Assembly (NCBI GenBank): GCA_965248755.1 | Contig: OZ252149.1 | Location: 1,728,001-1,792,000, forward strand | DNA length: 64,000 bases | Origin: Candidatus Latescibacterota bacterium | Lineage (GTDB): Bacteria; Latescibacterota; CBDEFO01 | Direction of reading: 5' to 3' | In this document: positions 12,008 through 22,832 of the stretch, in pieces | Layout: every line of letters starts with the position of its first letter | Numbering within the stretch: the first letter of the stretch is position 1 | Position numbers and translations under genes: made by a program | Notes under the pieces: generated by a model | Told to the model about the DNA's origin: nothing | Databases searched by the model: none | What the model saw: only the letters and a program-made list of their open reading frames with translations

Positions 12008-12781
12008 TTGAAGAATACCGCTGAATCTTTGTTCAACCTGTCGGAAAAAGTCGCCCTTGTAACAGGAGCAAGCAGAGGGATAGGCAGAGCCATAGCTACC
12101 TCTCTTGCTGAGGCGGGAGCTGACGTAGCTGTTCTAAGCAGGACATCGCAAATTGCAGAGACCGCAAGAATGATAGCAAAAAAAGGGCGTAGGACATTGC
12201 CGCTTATGTGTGACGTAAGTTCCGCCAAAGATCTCGAGGACGCTGTAGGAAAAACGCTCCACTCCCTCGGGAAGATAGACATCCTTGTGAACAACGCCGG
12301 AATAAGTCCGATATACACAAGGACAGAAAATGTAGAAGAGGAGGAATGGGATCACATATTGTCTGTCAATCTCAAGGGCGTCTTTTTATGCAGTCGGATT
12401 GTGGGAAAGCAGATGATCGAACAAGAGTTTGGTTCTATCATCAATATCACCTCAGTCGGGGCGCACGTTGCGCTGCCCAGACTTGCGGCTTACTGTTCCA
12501 GCAAGGCAGGCATATCTCAGCTTACCAAAGTCCTGGCTGTAGAATGGGCAAAACACAATATCAGGGTAAATGCAATAGCTCCGGGTTATGTCGAAACGGA
12601 TATGACAGAAGGGTTTAGGAAAAATCCTGGGCTGTACAAGGAACTGATAGACAAGACACCGCTGGGGCGTTTGGCAAAGCCAGAGGAGATAGCAGGAGCC
12701 GCGGTCTTTTTATCCTCGAATGCAGCGAGCTTCATAACGGGTCAAACTCTCTTTATAGATGGCGGCTGGTCTGCCCTCTAA
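12008..12781 (+). CDS. short-chain dehydrogenase/reductase
   Basis: TGASRGIG, NNAG, YCSSK, NAIAPG, IDGG. Confidence 0.95.
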   Translation: MKNTAESLFNLSEKVALVTGASRGIGRAIATSLAEAGADVAVLSRTSQIAETARMIAKKGRRTLPLMCDVSSAKDLEDAVGKTLHSLGKIDILVNNAGISPIYTRTENVEEEEWDHILSVNLKGVFLCSRIVGKQMIEQEFGSIINITSVGAHVALPRLAAYCSSKAGISQLTKVLAVEWAKHNIRVNAIAPGYVETDMTEGFRKNPGLYKELIDKTPLGRLAKPEEIAGAAVFLSSNAASFITGQTLFIDGGWSAL

Positions 12782-12953
12782 GAAGGAGATTTAGATCATA
12801 GGTGAACCCCAAGTAGTTGAAGTCGAAAGATGGACCCATGAGTCTATTAGGTTAGGAACGACCACTAAGACAAAAAGGTCTAAAGATAGAAGGTGGTACA
12901 TCGTCTCTGATCGAGCGCTTTGAGTTTGCAACGACTAATAAAATAAGCGACCC

Positions 12954-15881
12954 ATGACAAAAAAACGCTCACATATCATCTCACTGCTTATAAAATGGGG
13001 ACGGACAGGGCTGCCCTGTCTAATGTCTACTGTCTGCTGTCTACTTTTTTACGTCCAAGCATCTTTTGCCCAGTTCTACTATTTCGGCAAGAACAAAGTT
13101 CAATACTCCACGTTCGACTGGAGGCTCATGAGGACAGAGCATTTCAATATCTACTTCTATCCTGAGGAGGTGGAAGTCGCAGAGATAGGCGCTCTGATGG
13201 CGGAGGAAAGCTATATTTTTCTTGAGCGAAAATTTTCTCACACCGTACAAAGGAGAATACCTCTGATCTTCTACAGTTCCCCCATACACTTTCAGATGAC
13301 CAACACTATTCCTGGTCTCCTCCCTGAGGGAGTAGCCGGCTTTACAGAGTTCATAAAAGGCAGAGTGGTCCTCCCGCACAACGGTTCGTTTGCTTACTTC
13401 AGGAGAGTCATCCGACACGAACTGGTTCACGTCTTTACTATGGATAAGATCAGAACGGTTCTAAAGAACCACAGAGCATCCAGATTTCACGGTCCGCCTC
13501 TATGGTTCTCTGAAGGACTAGCTGAGCACTGGTCGGGGGATGTTGATTCCCAGGCTGACATGATTATAAAGGACGCCGTCTTCTCAGAGAATCTGGTCCC
13601 CATAAACCGTATGTATGAGATAAACGGGACTTTCAAGATGTATAAGGAGGGTGAATCTATACTGGATTTTGTAGCGAGGGAGTACGGAGACGATAAGATC
13701 AGCCTCATATTTGAAAATTGGTGGAAAAGCGAGTATTTCCCCCACATATTTCAGTCCGCTTTAGGAGTTCCATTGAGCAAGGTGGACAGCGATTGGCAAT
13801 ATAAAACAAAAAAGAAGTATCTGCCTCAAATTAAAGACAGCGATCCTGTAAGCAGAGTCGGGAAGAAGCTGACATCAGGTGGTGTAAGTGTCAAGCCCGC
13901 TGTAGCTCCCAGGGCAGAAGGAGATTCGAGCGGAACATACTTCGTCTTCATATCGAATCGGACAGGCTATCCCAACATCTATAAGAAGGACTTTGGACAA
14001 AATCAGGCACAAAGGATTGTGAAAGGCGGACGCACCGCTGAGTTTGAGTCATTTCACCCTTTAAGCAGTAAAATATCCGTTTCCAAAGAGGGGCTGCTCG
14101 CATTTGTGTCTCAAAGCAAGGACAGAGATGTACTCTACATCTGGGACATAAATAGAGCGAGAATCTTTAAAGAACTCTCGTTTCGTTCTATTGTGTCACT
14201 GGCGTCTCCGTGCTGGTCCTCCGATGGCAGGAGGATCGTTTTCTCAGGCGCGAACAGAGGTGGGATCTTCGATCTTTACATCGTCGATACCAAGGACACC
14301 ACGTTGACTCAGCTCACCGACGATATTTATAACGACAGGGACCCCGACTGGAGCCCTGACGGGGGAAAGATCGCGTTCGTCTCCGACAGAGGTCAGCACG
14401 GAAAGGGTGGATTTACTAATCTTTCTATTTACGATTTAAGAACAGCAAAAATTGAACCTCTTACCTCGGGTAAATACAAAGATTACTCCCCATCGTGGTC
14501 ACCCAACGGAGAGCACATAGCGTTTTCCTCAGACCGCCACGGGGCTTTCGACCTCTATACGCTGACAGTCCAGCCTTATCCCGAACAGTTAGCTTCCAAT
14601 TCAGATACCGAGGGATCATCCGTGCTCTACGATGTTCAGTCGAGAGGCAAGAACAAAACGAGAGAAGTTAAGAGGATGACAAATATCCTAACAGGGGCTA
14701 TGGATCCGGACTGGCTGCCAGATGGAAAAACCCTCGTCTTTACAGGCTATGAAAACAACAGTTTTCAAATATACAGCGTAGATATCCACGAGGATATAGA
14801 GCCGGAAATAGAGACTGTCCTGGATGATTATGGCAACTCCTGGAGGCTCGGAAGGATAAAGGAGGAAAACGTCAAAGGCAGAGCCAGGTACAATAGGAAG
14901 CTTTCATTGGACTTTGCTCAGAGCCAGATCGTTCAGGATCCCGAATTTGGACCTACAGGAGGCGTGCAGATAGCCCTTACAGACATGCTCGGGGACCATC
15001 AGTATTATATCTCGGTCTTCAATACAGCAGACAGAGCCGCCGACATCTTTGAAAGCTTCAGCTTTGCGTTCACACGTCTGGACTTAGCAAGACGGACAAA
15101 TGTTGCGTGGGGGATCTTCCGTCTGGATCAGGGCCTTTTCAACCCGTTTGACAGGAGGTTCAGCGAGAGGCGCACGGGGGGCTTCCTAACGTTCAGCTAT
15201 CCGTTTTCAAAGTTCGAAAGGTTGGAGACAAGCTTCATATTGAGGAGATCAGAAAGGAAGCGCCTCTTCAAGGATAAAAGCGATGATAATCTTTTAATGA
15301 CAAACTATGTGGGCTTTACAAAGGACAACAGTCTGTGGGGCCCGACAGGTCCGATGGACGGAGAGAGGTACAACTTCGGCATCACTCACACTATCGATCT
15401 TAAAGGTTCGGATCTCTATCACACCATGCTGCTTGCAGATTATCGGAAGTATCAAAGGCTCTCTAAAAGGACCGCCTTTGCGTTTCGGACTATAACAAGA
15501 TACAGGTTCGGAGACGATCCTAATCGATTCACGATGGGTGGAAGTTGGACATTTAGGGGCTATGATAGGGGTTCTATCAGGGGACGGAACATCTTTCTTA
15601 TAAATAACGAACTCCGTTTTCCGTTGGTGGACAATCTGCTTATAGGTCTTCCCATCGGCGGTATGGGCTTTCAGGCGATAAGAGGTGCCATGTTCTTGGA
15701 CCTGGGGAGCGCGTGGGATAGGGGTCTTGACTTCGACGACATGCTGGGCAGCTTCGGCGCAGGCATAAGGTTCAATATAGGCGGATTCTTCGTGCTGCGT
15801 CTGGACGGCTCAAGGAGGACGGACTTCAAGAGCATAGACAATAATACAGAATGGGACTTCTTCTTCGGATGGGATTTTTAA
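12954..15881 (+). CDS. outer-membrane protein: peptidase MA-like domain + TolB/PD40 repeats + BamA/TamA-type barrel
   Basis: FGKNKVQY, HELVH...WFSEGLAE, repeated PxWSPDG, RGYD motif, C-terminal aromatic residue (FGWDF). Confidence 0.88.
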   Translation: MTKKRSHIISLLIKWGRTGLPCLMSTVCCLLFYVQASFAQFYYFGKNKVQYSTFDWRLMRTEHFNIYFYPEEVEVAEIGALMAEESYIFLERKFSHTVQRRIPLIFYSSPIHFQMTNTIPGLLPEGVAGFTEFIKGRVVLPHNGSFAYFRRVIRHELVHVFTMDKIRTVLKNHRASRFHGPPLWFSEGLAEHWSGDVDSQADMIIKDAVFSENLVPINRMYEINGTFKMYKEGESILDFVAREYGDDKISLIFENWWKSEYFPHIFQSALGVPLSKVDSDWQYKTKKKYLPQIKDSDPVSRVGKKLTSGGVSVKPAVAPRAEGDSSGTYFVFISNRTGYPNIYKKDFGQNQAQRIVKGGRTAEFESFHPLSSKISVSKEGLLAFVSQSKDRDVLYIWDINRARIFKELSFRSIVSLASPCWSSDGRRIVFSGANRGGIFDLYIVDTKDTTLTQLTDDIYNDRDPDWSPDGGKIAFVSDRGQHGKGGFTNLSIYDLRTAKIEPLTSGKYKDYSPSWSPNGEHIAFSSDRHGAFDLYTLTVQPYPEQLASNSDTEGSSVLYDVQSRGKNKTREVKRMTNILTGAMDPDWLPDGKTLVFTGYENNSFQIYSVDIHEDIEPEIETVLDDYGNSWRLGRIKEENVKGRARYNRKLSLDFAQSQIVQDPEFGPTGGVQIALTDMLGDHQYYISVFNTADRAADIFESFSFAFTRLDLARRTNVAWGIFRLDQGLFNPFDRRFSERRTGGFLTFSYPFSKFERLETSFILRRSERKRLFKDKSDDNLLMTNYVGFTKDNSLWGPTGPMDGERYNFGITHTIDLKGSDLYHTMLLADYRKYQRLSKRTAFAFRTITRYRFGDDPNRFTMGGSWTFRGYDRGSIRGRNIFLINNELRFPLVDNLLIGLPIGGMGFQAIRGAMFLDLGSAWDRGLDFDDMLGSFGAGIRFNIGGFFVLRLDGSRRTDFKSIDNNTEWDFFFGWDF

Positions 15882-15911
15882 GGTAATTCACTCCAAAACG
15901 AGGTAGATAAG

Positions 15912-16541
15912 ATGAAGATAGACCCTATAGAAAGAGTTAGAAAGCTTCGCAGGGCAAACCCTAAAAGGAAGCCTGACAAGATACAGGATCGGATTCCGCC
16001 AGGACAGTATCTGACGGATAAATTCCCTGTCCTTACCTACGGCACTACGCCTGATGTGTACCCCAAGGACTGGCGCTTTCGGGTCTTCGGGCTGGTGGAT
16101 GAGGAACTCGAGTTTAACTACGACGAGTTTATGAGCATGCCCCAGATTAGGCTCACAGCGGACTTTCACTGTGTTACGCGCTGGAGCCAGTTGGATAACG
16201 AATGGGAGGGTACAAGTTTTCCGGAACTGATGAAACAGCTCAGTGTAAAGCCTCAGGCAAAATTCGTAATGCTCCACTCCTACGGTGGATACACCACAAA
16301 TGTACCAGTGGAGGCACTTTTGGACGACGACGTATTATTTGCCCACAGCAGAAACGGTCAGCCACTTTCCAGAGAGCACGGCTGGCCGCTTCGCCTCATC
16401 GTGCCCAAGCTCTACGGCTGGAAGAGCGCAAAATGGGTCAACGGCTTGGAGTTTATGGAAAAAGACAAACCTGGTTTTTGGGAGATGTACGGGTACCACA
16501 ACAACGGCGATCCGTGGGAAGAGGAGCGATTCTCCGGTTGA
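15912..16541 (+). CDS. sulfite oxidase-like molybdopterin oxidoreductase
   Basis: RIPPGQ, DFHCVTRWS, HGWPLRL, KSAKW, GFWE..GYH..GDPW. Confidence 0.93.
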   Translation: MKIDPIERVRKLRRANPKRKPDKIQDRIPPGQYLTDKFPVLTYGTTPDVYPKDWRFRVFGLVDEELEFNYDEFMSMPQIRLTADFHCVTRWSQLDNEWEGTSFPELMKQLSVKPQAKFVMLHSYGGYTTNVPVEALLDDDVLFAHSRNGQPLSREHGWPLRLIVPKLYGWKSAKWVNGLEFMEKDKPGFWEMYGYHNNGDPWEEERFSG

Positions 16542-17749
16542 ATAGTAGACGGCAAACAGCATTCATCATACCACCGTACCTCTCCCATCCCTGTCTCCCC
16601 CGATTGACCCTATCGGGGGCTACTGTCTACTGTCTACTTATCGTGATAGCCTGTTCCAGCCCCATTGTAATACGAGCCGTTGGACATTCTCCCCACGAGT
16701 GGGGACAGCGAAGAGGCAACGCCTGGGGTTCGGGACACGTTCCATGGGGGACGGACCCACCGCTGGGTCTCTTATGGAGACATAGACTCAACGGAGCCAT
16801 CACAGCATCCCCTCTGTTTGTAGGACACAAAGTACTGACGGCTACTTTGACAGGTAGGATATACCTACGAGATGGAAGAACCGGGACGTCAATAAGGACC
16901 TACAAAGTAGATGGAGCCATCCACGGAACTCCGGCTCTATTTGACAGCCTGCTATTTATCCCTCTTTCAGGAGGGGAAGCGTCCTTAATAGCCCTGAATC
17001 TGACCGATGGAAAGGCACGCTGGAGCGCAAATTTCGGAGATATATCCGCGTCACTTTGTCTTTTGGAGGGCCTACTGCTTGTGGGATCAGAGGGCGGGGA
17101 AGTAGTAGCGCTCAGAGCCCAAACAGGTGAGGTGCTATGGAGGTTCAAAGCAGAGGATCAAATTCACTCTTCGCCCTGTTCGAAAGATAGTTTAGTCTAT
17201 TTTGGATCGGACGACGATCATCTGTACGCTGTCTCCTCAAAGACGGGAGAGTTGAAGTGGAAGTACAAGGCAGATTCCAGCATCTATGCGTCTCCGACTG
17301 CGGATTCCAGTGGGATATACTTTGGAACCGCGATGGGAACTTTCTACAAGATGGATCCACATTCCGGGGAGGTAGTCTGGACCTTCAAGTCAGAGGCAGG
17401 AATATACGCGGGATCAGCATGCGATCTTACAACCGTATATTTCGGTTCCAATGACCGTAACCTCTACGCCCTGGACAAGCTCTCGGGCAGACCGATCTGG
17501 AGATTTACAACAAAAGGCGTCCTGAAGTCCGCCCCCATCCTTACAGACGATACAGTCTATTTCGGATCAGCAGACAGACACTTCTATGCCCTGGACCGCG
17601 CATCAGGAGAGTTGAAGTGGAAATACGAGACCAAAGGCCCTATAGACTCTCCTCCCGCCTTCGGAGATAACTTTATCTATGTAGCTTCAGCAGGATCAGA
17701 GAGCGGCTATATATACGCCTTCGGGAAACAAGTAGACAGTAGTCAGTAG
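16538..17749 (+). CDS. PQQ-like beta-propeller repeat (BamB-like) lipoprotein
   Basis: Repeats of SSP..VYFGSDD..LYA...TGELKWKY; lipobox LLIVIAC; the TTG at 16538 overlapping the upstream stop is more plausible than the ORF-track start at 16202. Confidence 0.85.
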   Translation: MNSRRQTAFIIPPYLSHPCLPRLTLSGATVYCLLIVIACSSPIVIRAVGHSPHEWGQRRGNAWGSGHVPWGTDPPLGLLWRHRLNGAITASPLFVGHKVLTATLTGRIYLRDGRTGTSIRTYKVDGAIHGTPALFDSLLFIPLSGGEASLIALNLTDGKARWSANFGDISASLCLLEGLLLVGSEGGEVVALRAQTGEVLWRFKAEDQIHSSPCSKDSLVYFGSDDDHLYAVSSKTGELKWKYKADSSIYASPTADSSGIYFGTAMGTFYKMDPHSGEVVWTFKSEAGIYAGSACDLTTVYFGSNDRNLYALDKLSGRPIWRFTTKGVLKSAPILTDDTVYFGSADRHFYALDRASGELKWKYETKGPIDSPPAFGDNFIYVASAGSESGYIYAFGKQVDSSQ

Positions 17750-17784
17750 ATAGGGCACCTCCTCCCATCCCTCCAGAAAAGCAG

Positions 17785-18357
17785 ATGACAATGCCCAAAA
17801 ACCCACTATTTTTCATATTTATTCTTTTCATTATATCTTTTTGTCCGTCAATTGCACAGTCTCAAAGGGGCCCTCAAAAATTATGGGTGGATCAGAGATC
17901 CCTGTCTCACGTGCAGAGTGAACAGGCAAGGATGTCTGTGCTTCCAATGTTGGGGAAAGAGAAGATAATATTAGATCTAAGAAGGCAAGAATTCTTGCGC
18001 GCTATTGGCTTTGTACAAAGTCTTACAGAGCGCGATTCCACAGCAGAGCAGGCACAGCACAAAAGCAGGATATTCCTTACCAAGAAGGACTACGCAGGTT
18101 CCGTGTCTCCGAGGAAAAACGACAAGAACAGATGGCCCACTTACGCCTTCTTAGGTGTATCGGTGGCGTCAGGAATAGCGGCATCAATAGTTAAGAAATC
18201 CGCTGATGACACCTTCGATAAATATCTACACTCTGCGAATCCCAGAAGAATTGAGGACAACGTTAAGAGTGCAGAAAGAAGAGACAAAGGAGCAGGCTTT
18301 CTGTGGGGAGTATCAGGAATAAGCTTTACGGCCGCCTGTTATTTTGTACTATTCTGA
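17785..18357 (+). CDS. hypothetical exported/membrane protein
   Basis: Signal peptide plus two C-terminal hydrophobic segments. Confidence 0.65.
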   Translation: MTMPKNPLFFIFILFIISFCPSIAQSQRGPQKLWVDQRSLSHVQSEQARMSVLPMLGKEKIILDLRRQEFLRAIGFVQSLTERDSTAEQAQHKSRIFLTKKDYAGSVSPRKNDKNRWPTYAFLGVSVASGIAASIVKKSADDTFDKYLHSANPRRIEDNVKSAERRDKGAGFLWGVSGISFTAACYFVLF

Positions 18358-18538
18358 TTACAGAAAGAAAATATCAAACAATCACGGATCAGAGGCTTGA
18401 GGCTACGGACTTGGACTTCGCCACATTCGCCTATTATGTAAAGTTCACCTCTTGACAATCGATGACCTATCTATTATTATTTAACATAAGGTAACTGATC
18501 GAAGCAAAGATAGACTCGAAATTTCAGGGAGAAAAGAT

Positions 18539-20371
18539 ATGATAAGTCCAGACGGCGACGGTAAGAAATATATAAGGGATTTCAAATTCAGAAGGGCCAC
18601 ATTACAATTGGACAGCGGGAAAATCGATGTCGAAGATAAAGATTGCGAGGATATAGAGGATTTCTTAGGCGGAATTGCGAGGTCTTTCAAATTCCTTGAG
18701 GACTTCGACGTGACGGAAGCTTACGATCCTGGAAACCCTCTTGTGGTTAATACAGGGGTCTTAAGCGGCACAGATGTGATGACGGGTCTGAGGGCATATT
18801 TCACCGCGTACAGTCCGTTGAAGGTCTCCAACAGCGGCATGCCTGCTGCGATGTGGTCCGCGGCGAGCGGGAAGTTCGGGACCGAGATGAGGTGGGCAGG
18901 CGCCGACGAACTGATCTTCTTTGGAAGGTCAGACGAGCCCGTCTACTTAGTAGTCAAGGGCGACATAAAAGAATCAAAACTCTCGCTTGAGCCCGCACAG
19001 GAGCTGGTAGGGAAGACGACCCACGAAAAGATTATGTGTCTAAGAGACAAATATCCCGACGCACACTTTGCAGCCATAGGCCCTGCCGGAGAGAACTATA
19101 ACACAAACAGATTCGCTGCGGTGGCGATTTCAACGGAGAATCAGATAAAGTCGGGCGACCCGAAGCCTCGATTCGCAGGACGCGGCGGCATGGGAGGCCT
19201 AATGGGGTCGAAAAACCTCCTTGCCATAGTCTGCGACGGGACCGAGCCCCGGCATAAGAAGTTGACCAAGACTCTTGTGGACGTCAACAGAGAGATAGCC
19301 AGGGGCGACGGCTCGAAGAAGTTCAGGGAAAAGGACAAAGGAGGAGGGATGGGAGGCACCTGGTCGAACTACCTTCCCCTTTACGATGCAGGGGCGCTGC
19401 CCGAATACAATTTCAGACCCAGGGGGACCGACGAGGCGGTGCATCTGTTCAGGGAGAACGTGGAGGAGGAATATCACATCAAGGACGAGTCGTGCTACAG
19501 GTGCGGGATAGCCTGCCACAAGAACATATATGTCAAGGAGAACGGAAAAGGCGGGGATTTTTTGGCCAAGTCTGACTACGAACCGCTGAACCTATTGAGC
19601 TCCAACCTCGGAATCACCGACAGGGCGCAGGCGTGGGAGATAATTGCCCTTGTGGACGAAATGGGCTTCGACTCTATAAGCGCAGGTGTGACACTTGGCT
19701 ACATAATGGACTACAACAGCCGCAAGGATGGAGAGTCTAAGATCGCAGACGGCCTGGAGTTCGGAGATTTCGAAGGAGCACAAAGTCTCCTGAAGAAGAT
19801 GGCCTACGGAGAGGACCCTCTCTTCGGACACGGGGTAAAGAGAGTCTCGGAAAAGCTGGGAGAGACATCCTTTGCCATGCAGTGCAAGGGAGTGGAACTT
19901 CCGGCATATCTCGCCGAGACGAATCCCGGCTATCCCTTCGCGCTCGCCGGAGGGCACATGTCCATGAAGACTTTCCTCTTACTCATATTCGAGGGAAAAA
20001 CATCTCTCGACTACTGGGAGGAGGCGATAGTAGAAAGAGGCCTCTACCAGATCAGGGACGACTTAATCGGCCTTTGCAAGTTCGCCGGATTAGACGACGA
20101 TTACACCCTGCAAGCCCTAAACGAGGAGATGAACGTCTCCATAAGTGAAGCAGAACTCAAAAGGAGCGTGCTCAAGACATTTATGAGGGGTTATGCTCTG
20201 GAGAGAAAGCAGGGCTTCAGAGCGGACGACTACGTCCTGCCCGACCAGACCTACGAGGGCAATCAGAACATTAAACTTCCCCACTTTATAACACGGGAGT
20301 TCTACTCACAGTTGAGAGATAGGGTCTTAAACAGATTCGACAGTTTAGTGGAAGAGCTAGGAATAGCATAG
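18539..20371 (+). CDS. aldehyde:ferredoxin oxidoreductase family protein (divergent)
   Basis: IGPAGE, GRGGMGGLMGSKNL, CYRCGIAC, DEMGFDSIS, GLCKF. Confidence 0.9.
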   Translation: MISPDGDGKKYIRDFKFRRATLQLDSGKIDVEDKDCEDIEDFLGGIARSFKFLEDFDVTEAYDPGNPLVVNTGVLSGTDVMTGLRAYFTAYSPLKVSNSGMPAAMWSAASGKFGTEMRWAGADELIFFGRSDEPVYLVVKGDIKESKLSLEPAQELVGKTTHEKIMCLRDKYPDAHFAAIGPAGENYNTNRFAAVAISTENQIKSGDPKPRFAGRGGMGGLMGSKNLLAIVCDGTEPRHKKLTKTLVDVNREIARGDGSKKFREKDKGGGMGGTWSNYLPLYDAGALPEYNFRPRGTDEAVHLFRENVEEEYHIKDESCYRCGIACHKNIYVKENGKGGDFLAKSDYEPLNLLSSNLGITDRAQAWEIIALVDEMGFDSISAGVTLGYIMDYNSRKDGESKIADGLEFGDFEGAQSLLKKMAYGEDPLFGHGVKRVSEKLGETSFAMQCKGVELPAYLAETNPGYPFALAGGHMSMKTFLLLIFEGKTSLDYWEEAIVERGLYQIRDDLIGLCKFAGLDDDYTLQALNEEMNVSISEAELKRSVLKTFMRGYALERKQGFRADDYVLPDQTYEGNQNIKLPHFITREFYSQLRDRVLNRFDSLVEELGIA

Positions 20372-20386
20372 ATAAGGAGCATAGAT

Positions 20387-22261
20387 ATGCCGGCCTATCA
20401 CCGTAAGATTCTGCATGCGAACCTGTCCTCTGGCACTACGTGGATCGAAGAGCCCAAAGAGGAGATATATCGGCGCTACTTGGGCGGAAGCGCCATGTGC
20501 GGATACTTCCTTTTGAGGGACTTGAAGCCGGGCGTCGATCCGCTGGGTCCGGACAACATTTTAGTGTTCTGCACGAGCATTATAAACGGGACAAGCATAT
20601 CAGGGGCTAACAGATTCAGCGCGGCCGCCAAGTCCCCATTGACGGGAGGATACGGCGAAGCTGAGGCCGGCGGCTGGTGGGGACCCGAGCTTAAAGCCGC
20701 AGGGTTCGACGGCATAATCGTAGAAGGCAAGTCCGATACACCCGTCTATATATGGGTGCACGACGGCCAAGTGGAGATAAGGGACGCGAACAAATACTGG
20801 GGAAAGATCTCGGGAGAAGTCCAGGACGCCCTCGAAGAAGAACTTGAGGACAAAAGAATCAGGGTCCTTCAGACCGGAATAGCGGGGGAGAATCTGGTCC
20901 GCTTTGCCGCTATTGTGAATCAGCTCAAGCACTTCAACGGGAGATCAGGACTGGGTGCTGTGATGGGATCAAAGAAGCTGAAAGCTATCGTGGTGCGGGG
21001 CAAGGACAGGATGGAGGCTGTGGATAAGGATCAGGCAAAGGGAGTGTTCACCTGGTTCAAGGAGAACTACGACAGAGACGGCGACATGTTACATGTGCTG
21101 GGTACAGCCAGAGGTGTGCGGGTGCTCGATGCGGAAGGCATTTTGCCGACTCGCAATTTCCATGACGGTTCCTTCGAACTAGCAGCTGAGATAAGCGGAC
21201 AGAAGATGAAAGAGACCATACTCACCAAGACTGGAACCTGCTACGCCTGCGCTGTCGCCTGTAAGAGGGAGGTAGATGTCCCCGAACTCGGCGTGACATC
21301 CAAGTATGGGGGCCCCGAATACGAGACCATATCTGCTACCGGTTCTCTGTGCGGCGTGGGTGATCTGAAGTCCATAGCCCTGGGCAACCAGATGCTTGCT
21401 CAGTACGTCCTCGACTCCATTTCAACTGGAGCGACGATAGCCTTCGCCATGGAATGCTACGAAAAAGGGCTGATCGGCATGGAGGATACAGGTGGGGTTG
21501 AGCTCACGTTCGGCAATAAGGACGCAGTGATAAAGATGATCGAGATGATCGCAAAAAGACAGAAGATAGGCGATACTTTGGCAGAGGGCGTGGCGCGAGC
21601 CGCCGAGATAATCGGAAAGGGAGCATCCGAATTTGCGCTTCACGTCAAGGGTCAGGAACTCCCCATGCACGAGCCGAGAGGTAAAAGGAGTCTGGCGCTT
21701 GCCTATTCGACCTCTCCGACAGGTGCCGACCACATGGAGGCTCCACACGATCCGTTCTACGAATCCTTCGATCCCTCCGGTATTAATCCTATGTCTCCTC
21801 TGGGTTTGATAGAGCCTGTGGATCGCATGGACCTGGGACCCAAGAAGGTCAAAGCGTTCTACTACACTCAGCAGGTGTGGAGCCTGTACAATTCAGTGGG
21901 CATGTGCGATTTTGTCGGCGCTCCGATAAATTCTTTGGAACTGGATCAGTTGAAGAAATACATAGATGCAGTGACAGGATGGAACACGAGCCTCTGGGAA
22001 CTTTTAAAGGTGGGTGAGCGCGCAGGGACATTAGCTCGCATCTTCAACTACTGCGAGGGTTTCACAGCAGAGGACGACACCCTTCCCGATCGGCTTTTCG
22101 AGCCTCTTGAGAACGGAACGTTGAAAGGAGAAAAGATAGACAGAGAGGAGTTTGAAAAGGCAAAGAGGACGTACTATCAGATGGCGGGATGGGATTCCGA
22201 TACAGGCTTCCCGGTGCCGGCGAAGTTAGCCGAATTGGATCTGGAGTGGGCTGTATCGTAG
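20387..22261 (+). CDS. aor: aldehyde:ferredoxin oxidoreductase
   Basis: AKSPLTGG, GRSGLGAVMGSKKLKA, CYACAVAC, GPEYET, GMCDF. Confidence 0.93.
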   Translation: MPAYHRKILHANLSSGTTWIEEPKEEIYRRYLGGSAMCGYFLLRDLKPGVDPLGPDNILVFCTSIINGTSISGANRFSAAAKSPLTGGYGEAEAGGWWGPELKAAGFDGIIVEGKSDTPVYIWVHDGQVEIRDANKYWGKISGEVQDALEEELEDKRIRVLQTGIAGENLVRFAAIVNQLKHFNGRSGLGAVMGSKKLKAIVVRGKDRMEAVDKDQAKGVFTWFKENYDRDGDMLHVLGTARGVRVLDAEGILPTRNFHDGSFELAAEISGQKMKETILTKTGTCYACAVACKREVDVPELGVTSKYGGPEYETISATGSLCGVGDLKSIALGNQMLAQYVLDSISTGATIAFAMECYEKGLIGMEDTGGVELTFGNKDAVIKMIEMIAKRQKIGDTLAEGVARAAEIIGKGASEFALHVKGQELPMHEPRGKRSLALAYSTSPTGADHMEAPHDPFYESFDPSGINPMSPLGLIEPVDRMDLGPKKVKAFYYTQQVWSLYNSVGMCDFVGAPINSLELDQLKKYIDAVTGWNTSLWELLKVGERAGTLARIFNYCEGFTAEDDTLPDRLFEPLENGTLKGEKIDREEFEKAKRTYYQMAGWDSDTGFPVPAKLAELDLEWAVS

Positions 22262-22466
22262 AGGAACTGTCAGAGATAGATAATACTCAGAGTGCTGATG
22301 TGGAAGCTCCAACTAATGGTGAGATTCCCCCAAAATACACAAGGGAGCAATAGGAGTCAATGACAGAGACTCAAAGGACGCTACGAATGTACAAGTGGAA
22401 GAATGAAGGTCAGCAAAAGGTTGTATAAATCAGCATAGACGCCTCAACATCGATCCTTGAATACTC

Positions 22467-22496
22467 AGCCCGTCAGCAATGGCGGGCTTTCTTTTT
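22467..22496 (+). terminator. intrinsic terminator
   Basis: AGCCCGTCA-gcaa-TGGCGGGCT followed by a T-rich tail. Confidence 0.7.
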
Positions 22497-22832
22497 ATCC
22501 ATTCTCGCACAGGATCGCTTTATCAGCCTCCTCAAAAGATAGATTGGTGAATTTATATCTTGAAACTTTCATCCCCCCCAAGTGGTCGGCTCGGTCAAAG
22601 TAGTCCCTCCGTTATATTCCCAGCAGTAATCAAGTCTCTGCTGGTAGATGTCCACTACTGGAAATCAGTAAAGACCAGTATATTCTCCTCATTTCTCTCC
22701 TCCGTACTCTTTGACCAGTTGAAGGATCCAGTTATCAAGACCTTCCTGCCAATGATACAAATCTTATTGTGCATAAGCCCAGCGTGCTGGTCTAATATCA
22801 CGCTTAAACCTTTCTCTATCAGATACTCATCT

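Noticed and set aside
16202..16537. Long N-terminal extension of the beta-propeller ORF
   Set aside because: It is an out-of-frame overlap with the molybdo-oxidoreductase gene; the TTG at 16538 fits better
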